A DNA stretch of 62,346 nucleotides, the filler included, from Collodictyon triciliatum (lineage: Eukaryota), in assembly GCA_043381765.1 (NCBI GenBank). It is 2 parts of 2 records of this genome, joined end to end, with 100 filler letters (N's around TTAATTAATTAA, not from the genome) between each part and the next. Parts side by side here need not be neighbours in the genome. Positions count along the whole stretch, not along the records: positions 1 to 31,293 come from JBHJMP010000931.1; positions 31,394 to 62,346 come from JBHJMP010000932.1. One strand, given 5' to 3'. The notes under the pieces are model-generated. The model saw only the letters and a list, made by a program, of their open reading frames with translations. It had not been told where the DNA came from and made no database searches. The translations under genes were made by a program, and so were the position numbers. Positions 23,961 to 36,700 of the stretch are shown piece by piece (the first letter of the stretch is position 1; every line of letters begins with the position of its first letter).

Positions 23961-24322
23961 GTTTGCCTTGAGTTTCTCGATTTTTTTCTGTACATCTTCC
24001 TATTATACCCTTTTCATTTTATATTATATCGATATATGGTCTTAATCATTTTCTGATCCGTTGGTAGCAATACACTCTCTTCTTTGCATGGCCACGTTAT
24101 CGCGATAAGCATATTTTCTATTTAAACAACTATGGCCAAAGAAAACAGATTATAAAAAACAAAGTAAGAAACATTCAAGCGGTGAAGGTGATCTATGTTC
24201 GCGCTCGCTCTCGCTGGTCTCACAAAAGTCAGGACTAAGGGAACGACAATCGGCACGGCTGTGTAACATACTTAACAAACTCTTCCTGCTTCAACGGCAG
24301 ATCGATTTCCTCCAACCGGGGT

Positions 24323-27300
24323 ATGGAATTCTTTGGAGTCGGTGTGATGGAACAAACAGCCCTGAAAAAGTATGTGCCATTACTTGGTTATCTGCTTTCT
24401 TCCTATCTTCCATTATCATTATCATTATCATTATCATTATCATTATCATTATCATTATCATTATCATTATCATTATCATTATCATTATCATTATCATTAT
24501 CATTATCATTATCATTATCATTATCATTATCAATATCATTATCAATATCAATATCATTATCATTATCATTATCATTATCATCATCACGTTCATTTCTCCT
24601 TTGCCGCAAGGACCTTATTAATATTAGACTATATTTTTTTTTATCATCGCTTCAACACATGGATTCTAATACCTTGTCACGAAATGTAAGGCCTCCAATT
24701 TGGAAAAGACTCTTCGATCCCTCCAGAATTCTCGCATTCTTCACGATGCTCAACTTTCTTGTCTACTTTGACCGAGGCGCTGTTGCGGTTGGTGCCCACA
24801 TCACTTTTTTTTTCTGAAATAACCAACGTGTCCTTTTATTTTCTTTATTTTTTTTTTAAAAAAAATTGACCTTTTGCTTCTTTTCTAGTAACAAATTCAG
24901 CCGAAATTATGTATCTAATGCATATTTTCTGTTCTTATTATTGCATTATGGTATTTTTATCCATCTATGTGTTTGGGTTTAGGGCCTTTTATCGGTCATC
25001 GACGAAGATTACGACCTAAATGAAATATCCAATGGTTTTCTATCTGGTACATTTATTTAGTGATGCTTTTGCCCCAAAAGATGACACTTTTTTCCCCTGC
25101 TAATTTTTTTCATTTATTCGATATTTCTCGGCCGATCCTTTAAAATATGGTTATGTGGGACTATATCGAATAGAATCGGTTATTTGTATGCATATGTTTT
25201 ATTGATTGCTCCTTTCGTTTACTTTTGAAGATTCTACTTCATATTGGTATAGGTGCGTTTATGATAGGTTACATCCTATTTTACTTTGTCTTCAATTTTG
25301 TGTCAAGTGAAACCAATCTTCCTCTTCTCCTTTTCATCGGGCTTATTTCCTGGTCTATCGGTACAATAACGACAGGTATATTTACAATATAAAATGCTGA
25401 GTAAAAGGGATGAATTTAATTCACTTGATATTTATATGTGTAATTATTTGATGAGTCCTTTCTCTTTAACTTAACGGGTATAATTATACTGAAGAAATTT
25501 ACACTATTCGTTTCCATGCTATTCAAACATAAAGTTTGGGCACCAAATTACCAGATATTTTTAATCACACGAATGCTAACTGGAGCAGCAGAAGCAGCTT
25601 ATGCTGGTTAGTGCTCAGCGTAAAAGTGTCCTGAATATATTTGTCTTATAAATTGTTTCAAAGAAAGATTGGTATCATTTTAAAATTTCAACATTCGACT
25701 TTTTTTTTAAAAATTATTTCATTTGTCAAACTAGTTCCCTCTTCTTCTTTGATTATATAAGCCTCTTAAATCAAAGTAACTCTTGAACATTACATAAAAT
25801 CAGGCGTGGCTCCAGTGTATTTGGATGACAATTGTCCTCAAGATTCCAGATTTGTAGCTGAGCCTTCATTTCTTCCTATCAAAATTCATTTTCATGTTCT
25901 GGAATCTATAATTATATTTTATTTGCAATAGTTATGGCTCTCACTCTACTATGTGTCTATTCCAATTGGCGCCGGTAAACTTGATATTAGGCAGAATATC
26001 GAAATGCCAAGAAACAATATTTCGAGTGCTTTACTTCTAACCAGACTATTGACTACACATTACAATTCTAGCTTTGGGAATGACCTCTGCTGGGTATCTT
26101 GACTATGTCTGGGAATGGGAGTACCTTTTTGCTATCGAAGGTAGGGAGCGTATATGGCATCTACCTTTTTCATACTGAAACGATTTTCACCAAACTTAAC
26201 AATAATTTCACAGTGAATTTGATTTTGAAAAAGAATCGTTCGGACAAATAGTTATCGTATCTTTTACATTCATGCTTTAATATGTTCAAAATGTACACAG
26301 GCATCATCATGTTACCCCTTTCCTTCTTGTCACTTGCGATACCTTCAGATTGGTTCTTGGAGTACAGCCAAAGCTCTAGTGCTGCATTAAAAGTACGAGC
26401 TTATAATTAGTTACGATAATTAAATGCAAATGGTTTCAAATAAAAACTTTTGTTAAGTTTCATATCTTATTGGTCTTTAAATCTAATAAAAAAAATCCTG
26501 AAAAAAACAACAATCAAATCTAATATGATATAATAGCTCTTCTAAGTACGCATGTGTGACTATTCTCGTTTAAATAGAGAGGTTCAACAACAGATGCCAT
26601 GGGTGCTCCCCTTCTTTCGGTCAAAAGCACTGACAAATTTTACTCTGGATTTTTGCAACTGTGCCGAATCTTGAAAGACAACAAAATATATCTTTATCTC
26701 GTCCTTGGAAAAGCTACGTATATATTCTATGCAGGAGCTTTTTCATTCTGGATGCCGCACTTCATCCAAGAAGAATACGATTTGTCTATCCGCCAATCTA
26801 ACCTGAGTGCGTCTCATATTATTCTTGCTATTGATTTCGCTCCCTTTATTCCTCTGCCTTGCCATTTTCCTATTTTTCTCACCGCCTGAATGACAACCAA
26901 CTAGTTTTTGGAATAACCACCCTGCTGGCTGGTTTATTTGGTGCTTGTATCGGAGGTAGCTTCCTAGATAGCCTTTCTAACAAACACTTGCAAAACTGGG
27001 CCAAATGCATTCTATCCATCAAGGTTGGGAATGAATTAACACATTTTCCCCCTTCCTGGACATATTCTGGGATTTGGATGAAACGAAACAAAATTATATA
27101 ATATACGCAGTAACCATGTCTTCTATCTTCATACATTCCAACACACTATTAATATCAATCCATCCATTTTTGGTCATTATTTCTTTTGCCATCTACATAA
27201 TCTCACTATATCATCTACATTAATTTTCAGATATCGTGTATTGTCATTCTCGTGGCAGTCCCAATTTCAGTCTCGATATTCTTTGTTCCTAATGAGACTG

Positions 27301-27876
27301 CGGTCATGGTTTCGATCGGCATTTCAGAATTCCTTCTATTTTCGACAATAGGAGCTTTGCATGGATGCACAATCAGGTTGCCAAACTTACGAGGAGACTT
27401 TAACATTACATCTCTTTAAACAGCTTATTTGTCATATAATATATCTTTCAGTTCCCTTCCGGCCTGGCTCCGTCCTTTTGGCCTAGGATTATCGATTTTT
27501 GTCTGTCACATGTTGGGTGATTTTCCTGCGGCCTTGGTTGTTGGGGTGAGTTGCGCTTTAGCCTCATATTAAAGGCAAAGCAACTACACTAAACCTGTTA
27601 CTTATATATAAACGCCTTGTCGAATTCTTTATCTGCGATTGTCTGTTTAGTGGAGTAAATGTTATCCTTGACTATATTTTCAGCTCTATCTTATACTCGC
27701 ACCAGTTTTCTGCAGATGCAACCGGCAACCTATCACTGTGTCTGGCTGCGTCAAGTCTGGTCAACCTGGCCACAGTGGCATTTTGGTTCCAAGCTATGAA
27801 ACACGCTTTGAAGCTGGAAGAAACCACACAGAGCCACTGGTCACCGTCCATAGATTATTACCGAACACACGGGTAG
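24323..27876 (+). CDS. Spinster-like MFS transporter (multi-exon; alternative start ATG at 24659)
   Basis: FTMLNFLVYFDRGAVA, LSGAFMIGY, ITRMLTGAAEAAYAGVAPVYLDDNCP, WLSLYYVSIPIGAALG, GAFSFWMP, FGITTLLAGLFGACIGG and HMLGDFPAALVVG|FSADATG. Stop TAG at 27874-27876. Confidence 0.88.
24411..24586. repeat. (CATTAT)n microsatellite
   Basis: Directly visible. Confidence 0.95.
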
Positions 27877-28360
27877 TAGAGTTGCAAAATATCTCCTGGC
27901 TAACCTGCGAAACCTCCTTCTTTTTTTTTCTTCTTTCTCTCTCCCTCTCGATAAGAAAATGAAAACAATAACAAATGACAACAACAATCTTTGCCTTTGA
28001 AGAATGCTATATACAATCTCTTATCTTGCTTTTTGGGGGTAATAAAAAGCTCATCAAGATTGATTGCGTGGCCTTTGTTTCCTACAAGTAAACACCACAT
28101 TAAGATGACATATTGACGATGTTGCTAAAGTTGATTATGTAACCTATGTGAAGTGAGTAGTTGAGCACTAATCGGAACGATGGGAAGGCGATTGTCTATG
28201 ATTTTAAATACACACAGGTGCTGATTATCCACGTGGGAAATCATCTGCGGAATACAATTTAATGAAAGATAGCTGAGAAAGAAAACTGAAGCAAAGGTTC
28301 CCAATCCAGGTTTATTTTGACAAGATTTTATATACAAATGAATCAGATTTGTAGCCGTCT

Positions 28361-30245
28361 TCACGTGCAATCAGCTCGCACAGCCCATCTTAGCGAATCG
28401 CGGCGTTGCTCGGTGGGTGGGACATATGTATTCGGGACAAGCTTTTTCGCGGGTTTTGCTGAAACAGGGGCACTGGACACAATATGAGTCTGCATATATA
28501 TTCGATGTGAGTAAATGGCAGATACAGAACCAAAACAATTTCCATCATTTTATACAAAGAGCGACAATCATGGGCTGGGATTGTGATGATTCCTCGATTC
28601 TCATTATGTAGAAACATGAAATACATACTATTTTTTCATTTTAATTTTTATGTGTTTTTTTTTTATTTTAAAATAGGAAGAAAGTTTACTCGAACTGCCC
28701 AACGCAAATCATCCCTTCGCTTTTCAGTGGGAACGATGTAAGTCGGACGGGCAGCATTCAAGTCTTTCCTTCTGTTCGAAGTATTCAGAGGAAATTAACC
28801 AAACGATGAACTTTAAAAAAATAATTGATCACACACATACAAAGTATATTGCGATATTAAATGCATCCATTTTTTTTTCGTGTCGATGATATTGTCCCGA
28901 CTTTGCTTTTTGTCTGAAATCTGAATATATACGCACACTTTCCGCGTTCCGCTTAGAGGGGTGCTGCTGTCACTATTTGTAAATGTTGAAGAGAGAGGAG
29001 GTCTTCGCGTGACTGGCAGCTTCGATTGCGCCCACACTTGTTGGTAATAGTGAAAACGCGAGACGGTATCGCTTTTGATGCGGCCAGTATTTTTGAGGTC
29101 CTTTGTCTTCTTAATAACTAGTCCATGCGGTGAATAGGATATGATCGATGAAAATGACACAAAAATATATCTAAGTGTTGAATTTAGGAATAACTAGAAC
29201 TGCAATCACATGAGAAAAAACGATGGAGGAGGTCTTCATGACAAGTTTAAATTAGCAATCTTTTGTGACTCGAATCAATACCAGAGAACGTGCTACCTGA
29301 AGTTTTATTAGCATCTTGGATTTTCGGCTCGAAATCTCTTGTGGTGTTAGCAGTTGACTAATAATTATAACATATATAGTAAATTGAGAAAGTACTACAA
29401 TCCACAATATATTTCTGTGTGCATCATACCTTTTACTAATTTTCAAAAAAAAAAAAAAGAAGGATATAGTTGTATTGTATCGAATAAAAGTCACCAAACG
29501 TGAGCGATTGTTCTGAACAAAAGGTCTTTTCATCTGCACTCGGTCAAAGCCAGAGTCCACGGAATGGTCAAACACTCGACCTCCCAACATTGCATCAAAG
29601 TCTAAGGCTTCATAGTTTTCTACATTTTCTATATCTTCATGAGGCATGCCACGCTTGGGAGTTTCTTTGGATCGAAGTTGCGCTGATTCCGGTATTCCAC
29701 TGACGAGCAACTGGCTTATGTGTCGCTCTCTTACTGAATCAACAGATTCACGCGAATGACCTGTACCCTCCTTGCACCTGATAAAAAAATAATCTGTTAG
29801 TACACTTTGCTACTTAATAACACAATAAAGAAAAGAAGGGCCTACATTGCGGAGAGACCCGAAGAAAGGAGAAATATGGTGGAGTTGGATATTTGAAGGC
29901 TCATTAAGACTATTGCATATGGTCCTATGATAAAAGAATAGAAAAATAAAAAATAAATAAAAAAAAACAAAAAAAACAAAAAAAACAAAAAAAAAACAAA
30001 AAAACAAAAAGAGAATCGTTTTGATCTTTGAAGGGAAATGGGTACGTTTCTTCGTCGATATCCCGACTAGCGTGTATCTTGAGCAGCTCGAGAGCCCGCC
30101 GAAAGTCTTCCGGGTAGTCCTCTTCAAACTCGTGCGATCTGTGCTGAGAGGCGATGTCCTCCCAGAACGCATCCTCGTTTGACAGCGATTCGGAGTCGTG
30201 CTCGCTGCTGACAGACTGAGCAAAGCTGACTGATCGGCGCTCCAT
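28361..30245 (-). CDS. HYLS1: Hydrolethalus syndrome protein 1-like centriolar protein (~6 exons)
   Basis: Spliced C-terminal exons give KSDTVSRFHYYQQVW, TYIVPTEKRRDDLRWAVR and PNTYVPPTEQRRDSLRWAVRADCT*, matching the HYLS1 C-terminal box (KxDxVxRY...W and PNxYxxPTEKxRxxLRWxVR). ATG at 30245; stop TGA at 28363-28361. Confidence 0.8.
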
Positions 30246-31139
30246 CTTTTGCTCACAGAGGGTTTCTGGCTTCTTGTTGTGCTGTGAGTGAGCTGTGTGT
30301 ACTACGATCGGCCTACTTTCGAGCCTGTCTACTGAGAAATCACAGTCGCCGAGGCCACGACTCGGATGCGAAACGGCTGTGTGGGTTAATGCATGTGTCG
30401 ATTTGATCGTTGGCGTGTATGAATCTGGAATATATGTATAAAGATTTATTCTCCAATTAGATTCATAAGATAATGAATATACTGTCAATTACGCACATAT
30501 AATTCACTATATACAATGTTGTCTCTATGAAAGCGTGCGTTGCGGGGTTGTCTACCATCCTTGCACAACAGATGCGCGTGTTGATTTTGGGCGCAGGCGA
30601 GTAGCGGAACTAGTATTACTCGGCAAGGTTTTTTTATTTTCTTTTTCCGAAAAGGTTGTTGCATCACAGGTAAAGTTGGCGTAAGGATTTTGCTTCAATC
30701 GTGAAAGCTTACTATTTTTTCTTATTTAATTTTTTTTTTTTTAAAAGAAGGGTTGGGGGTAAGGATGAAAGAAAGTTATAAGTGGGAGAATAATATCAGA
30801 ACCGACCGCATTGCATAGACGCCCATTACACTAAACATAATATTCAGTTTCACAATGACTGATGACCAGTCACTAATGCTGCTTCTTTCTGGACTGCTTT
30901 GTAAGAACACTCCATTTCCTCGCAGCAACAACAACCCACACCCCGATACGGAACATGTATATCCCCCGAGGGCGCAAGGCATCCATCATCTGGTGGAACA
31001 AAAAAGACGAGATGGCTCCTCTGTCCATCGCTTCCACTAGAAGAACCTGCGCTGCTTTCAAGGACGAGACGCAGTTCATATGCCTTTGGTGTCCGAGCTG
31101 AACTTGTCCTATGTATTTATCAAGAATATGTTATTGCTC

Positions 31140-31213
31140 AACAACAAACAACAAACAACAAACAACAAACAACAAACAACAAACAACAAACAACAAACAA
31201 CAACAACAACAAC

Positions 31214-31293
<80 letters not shown>
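31140..31293. repeat. (ACAA/AAC)n then (AAT)n microsatellite at a contig end
   Basis: Directly visible; runs into the N gap. Confidence 0.9.
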
Positions 31294-31393
31294 NNNNNNN
31301 NNNNNNNNNNNNNNNNNNNNNNNNNNNNNNNNNNNNNTTAATTAATTAANNNNNNNNNNNNNNNNNNNNNNNNNNNNNNNNNNNNNNNNNNNN
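31294..31393. other. Artificial 100-bp contig linker (N44-TTAATTAATTAA-N44)
   Basis: The palindromic 12-mer has stops in all six frames and is centred between equal N runs. Confidence 0.85.
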
Positions 31394-31536
31394 AGAGAGA
31401 GAGAGAGAGGGAGAGAGAGAGGGAGGGAGAGAGAGAGAGAGAGAGGGAGGGAGAGAGAGAGCCGAAATAAGTAACAGAAAAGCAATGCAAAAATGTCCAT
31501 AAAATATCAAACAAAAAGTACACATATAAACGCATA

Positions 31537-31798
31537 CCTCATCATCTTTTAAATGTGTAGGCTTTCTCATCTTCAAAGTTGCTTGATAGCGTAGCGCTTC
31601 GACTTCTTCCTCACTAGATAGTAATCCGATACATCGAAAGGGATGAGACCCGTGCAATTAAATAGAATGGGATATGTTGTCATTCAATTTATTGTTTGCT
31701 TCTTGGTTTTAATATCATTTTTTCATTGGATAATAGTATAAAAGAATGTGAGGAGGGAATGAGGGTGATGATAATGAAGAGATTATAGAATAAATTAA

Positions 31799-31830
<32 letters not shown>

Positions 31831-31831
31831 T

Positions 31832-31862
<31 letters not shown>

Positions 31863-33712
31863 GGGGGGGGGGGGGGGGGAATAAATTGTAGAAAACCTGG
31901 CTCCGGTCTTCTTCCATGCATCCACGCGCTCATTGATAGTGATATCGGTATCCAGCACCTAATGTTCATTGTGTAACAATTACATCTAAATTTATCTTTA
32001 ATTATAAATTGACTGTGTGATAGGAGCTTATCTTAATTGTGGACCTTAAATTAGACATTCCAAAGGAAAAATTACTCGAAGTAGACAATCAGGACGATGA
32101 AGCTTCTGAACCAAGGCCAAAACCTGCATGCGTCCTGCTGTGTAGTTTTTTTCAAAGCTAGGGTTTTCTCTGATTGCCATGATTTGAATTCCATCAAGAG
32201 CATCGATTAACCTAGCAATCTAGTTGATGTTTTGTAGTTGAAAATTTTTATTGATTCAAGGAAAATATAAGTTAAAAAATGGAGGATTTTGTATAATACA
32301 CAAAAGTTTAAAATACCTCAATCGGACTGTTTGCAATCTTATTGTTGCTGAGGTCGAGAATTCGAAGATGTTTCATATTTTCCAGTCCTAATATGATACA
32401 CCAATTCAAGAAAAAATACAAAAGGGTCGAATGCAAAGTAAGACGCGATGTTACACATCAAAATTTGAATTAAGATAAGGAAAGTACAAATAAAAGGACT
32501 ATGTTACGTTTACGAACCCAGTGTCGTGATATCTGTGATGAGATTATGTGACAAGTTCAGCTTCTGGATGTTCATATATTGTCTAGTTTGCAAAAAGATA
32601 AGTAAGATTGCATAATTGCAGTATATAAATATAAACATATTTAAAAGTGAGCTGCTATAAGTATCAAAATCAGCAAATATCATGACTAAGTAAACTGCCG
32701 TTCATAAGTACCCAAAGTTGAGCGATTCGTTTGTCAATCTGAAATTTATCATTCCTGGGAGGAATAAAACTGCTTCTGGTGCAAACTCATTCCTTGGTTG
32801 GACATCATCCCACCATAGTGGCTGATTCGGTTGGTCGCTCCACTTTCAATAGTTGATTATGTACATCACCAAAATTAAAATGGTAAATTTTTACTGGATA
32901 TACGCACCTTGCACTAGTGTCATTAAAATAAAGAAAAAGCATAATTCATTTACTGTTTTTGAAATAACGATGGCCGCGAGAAATCGATATACGATAGTGT
33001 CACCAACACCCTCATGTTGAATAGAATCAGTATACTCGTCCAAAGTGATTGGTTTCTAAGCCCAAAATAATTGAAGATAAGTTTAACTTGACAAAATTAA
33101 ATAAGCCATATATTTCTTTGATTAACACATATTTGGGACTTTAATCTCATTATATCCTTTAATTCGTTTTATTGTGATCGAGAAAATAAAAAAAATAAAA
33201 TGAAGGAAATAAAATATAGAAAACGAAAAGGATAGCTGCTCACAAAATCAATCGACTTCAAGGCATGGTTTTTGGGGAAGAGCTGCCTGATTACATCACG
33301 ACGATAGTTTGCTTAAAGAATGCGCTATATTAATCGCTTGAAATTCTTATATTCGATAATCATCGAATCAATCAAAGATGGAGAGGGGGGAAATACTGGC
33401 TGTGATAATGACCATCATGATGATTGAACTAAGAAGAATAACTGTATAGTAACAAAAATGACCTTTTATAAGAAAGAATAAAAACGAAATCATCGTGAAG
33501 AATTGAAATAAGGTGGCAAAATAATTTATGTGGAAAATCTTAAATTACGTATTTGGACAACTGTGCCACGACGGGTGGATGATCCTTCTCCTTCATTTTA
33601 TAATGATAATAACGTTTTATTAGATTAAAGATGGAGATATTGGTTACTATGGTTAAATATAGAAAGCCTCTTGGAAGGCGGCGTTATCCAACACAGTGAT
33701 GGAGAGGACAAG

Positions 33713-33795
<83 letters not shown>

Positions 33796-36700
33796 GGATT
33801 AAAAAAGCTTTCACCGTGGATCGTTCCGCGTCGAGTAGGAGAATTGGCTNNNNNNNNNNNNNNNNNNNNNNNNNNNNNNNNNNNNNNNNNNNNNNNNNNN
33901 NNNNNNNNNNNNNNNNNNNNNNNNNNNNNNNNNNNNNNNNNNNNNNNNNNNNNNNNNNNNNNNNNNNNNNNNNNNNNNNNNNNNNNNNNNNNNNNNNNNN
34001 NNNNNNNNNNNNNNNNNNNNNNNNNNNNNNNNNNNNNNNNNNNNNNNNNNNNNNNNNNNNNNNNNNNNNNNNNNNNNNNNNNNNNNNNNNNNNNNNNNNN
34101 NNNNNNNNNNNNNNNNNNNNNNNNNNNNNNNNNNNNNNNNNNNNNNNNNNNNNNNNNNNNNNNNNNNNNNNNNNNNNNNNNNNNNNNNNNNNNNNNNNNN
34201 NNNNNNNNNNNNNNNNNNNNNNNNNNNNNNNNNNNNNNNNNNNNNNNNNNNNNNNNNNNNNNNNNNNNNNNNNNNNNNNNNNNNNNNNNNNNNNNNNNNN
34301 NNNNNNNNNNNNNNNNNNNNNNNNNNNNNNNNNNNNNNNNNNNNNNNNNNNNNNNNNNNNNNNNNNNNNNNNNNNNNNNNNNNNNNNNNNNNNNNNNNNN
34401 NNNNNNNNNNNNNNNNNNNNNNNNNNNNNNNNNNNNNNNNNNNNNNNNNNNNNNNNNNNNNNNNNNNNNNNNNNNNNNNNNNNNNNNNNNNNNNNNNNNN
34501 NNNNNNNNNNNNNNNNNNNNNNNNNNNNNNNNNNNNNNNNNNNNNNNNNNNNNNNNNNNNNNNNNNNNNNNNNNNNNNNNNNNNNNACATACATACATAC
34601 ATACATACATACATACATACATACATACATACATACATACATACATACATACATACATACATACATACATACATACATACATACATACATACAGAATAAA
34701 CATAGTATTAAAAGAAACGAAGAGAGTCCTTTGAATCGAATAAAGGAAAAAAAAAGAAACGAAGAGAGTAAAGACAATAAAAAAAAAGGAAGTCACCTCA
34801 AGTCCATGACTAGAATAGCACTGAATCTTGACACATCACAGTACATCGGCAACTTCTTAGATATTGTAATTTTATGTATATTACCAACAAATAGGTCATT
34901 TCTAATTTGCTCGTGGCCAAATTCCTCGATTAAAGCAAGGTTCCAGCTAATTGATTATGGCGAGGGATTGATACATTTAAATATTAATAAATAGATAAAT
35001 AAATAGATAGTATGAAAAATGAACAAAAAATAAGATAAGTACTCCTATTCCATCTGCAACAAAAAAAAAATATGATTGAAACGGGATTATGAGAGTAGAG
35101 ATAAAAAAGTTCCTACCAGGTTTGATTGAGTTCCTCTAAATTGTTCAATATGGAAGATGTAATTTTGAATTTAAGAAAACTCATTTAATGATACAAATGC
35201 ATTATAAGCTTAAAGCTTTATCAGTAAATCTTTTAAAGTGTGTATGAATAAGACCTGCTGAAGTGATGAATTCTTTAAGGCATTCAATTTTTTCTGTTAG
35301 TGTCACTTTGGCACCATCGATTTGAATAATTCCACAGGCACGATTGGAACCCTGCGATAGTATATGTGAAGTAAGTTCGATTGAATGACCCTTAATTAAA
35401 TTACTATCCGCGTGTTAGAAGTACTCAAGAGTGCCTATGAATCGAATAAAGGGGAAAAAAATACTCTTGAGTTTCTGGTCTCAAAAATGATTTTCTTTCG
35501 GTAGTTATTTAAGAGATTTCCGCGCAGATCGATTGACTGGATGCTGATCAAGAATCTATAGCGCACAGAATTTGAATGTTCATTAAAAAAAACATTATTA
35601 AAGTAGGGGATTCAAAATTCAGAATATCTATTAAGCTCCTGAGTAAATTATAGAAGCGAAATTAGATAATGTATAAATACGGTAGGGGTGATAATGGCTC
35701 TGCTTTCCCGATCTTGTTAAAGCTTATGTTGAGGACCTGTATGAGCAAGTATGAGTAATATTTACGATCACAAGACACAACAGACTTGAAATATATAGAG
35801 ATTTTTAATCGTATATATTTCTATCTCTGGTATCAATTATCATTCATAGCATTGGGAAGTGGTTGGTGGGAGCTTGAGACAAGGTATTTAAGACTTATAA
35901 AGAAAAACGAAACCTGCAGGTTGGGGCAGAACTCCAGACCGCATCTGGACAAAGTAGTGAGACTATTGTTTGATAAATCCAAATGACGTAGATTCATCAT
36001 TTCAGAAACCTGTTATGTAAGTAAATATTAATTACAAAGACCAAGAACTAGAAAACAGTGTCATGTGATGGCCAAGAATTCGATGTGATGTGATTCGTGT
36101 TGTCATGTATATGATATATATATTGAATATCAGAGTTTACATTGATATAAGTAAGTCCCATTTGCTTAACAGTGAGTTGGATTACATCAGCTGGATTCCA
36201 CTTGTTCATTTCTTTTCAAATTAAGGAACAACTCGGTGATATTTGCTTAACTGTAGTTTTCGATATACATAATATGCGTTGGATGAGGTGTAATCAAGCA
36301 AAAGCAAATCTCATGATGTGTATTGGATACGACGAATGAAGGGAACAGATCCAACTGTAAAGTCCCACAAAATCTCGGGAAGTTTTTCTTTTTCCTTTGG
36401 GGTTCCATAGTTTCTGATGGCTTCTACTCTCTCCTGAATAGTAACTGGGGTTCCATTCAACACTTCCAGGAGGCAGGAGTAATAAATAATCTAAATCGGT
36501 TACCCAGATAAGAGAAGCGAACTTGAATTAAAAATATCACCCAAACATAACATATGGATGTTTATATGTACCTAGGGGCTATATGTATGTATAGAAAAAA
36601 GAAAGGATAAATCAATCGAACAAATATTACGGCTGAACGAGACATTTTGTTCTCCATAATCGGATTGCCACGAAGATCAAGGTATTGTATGTAGGGAGAG

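Noticed and set aside
21480-24050. Terminal inverted repeats, TSD or a transposase for the Fanzor element
   Set aside because: No convincing TIR pair, TSD or transposase ORF was found by eye, so element boundaries and superfamily are left uncalled.
33653-34994. Long ORFs spanning N runs (also 38994-39827 and 60748-61360)
   Set aside because: They are artefacts of assembly gaps.
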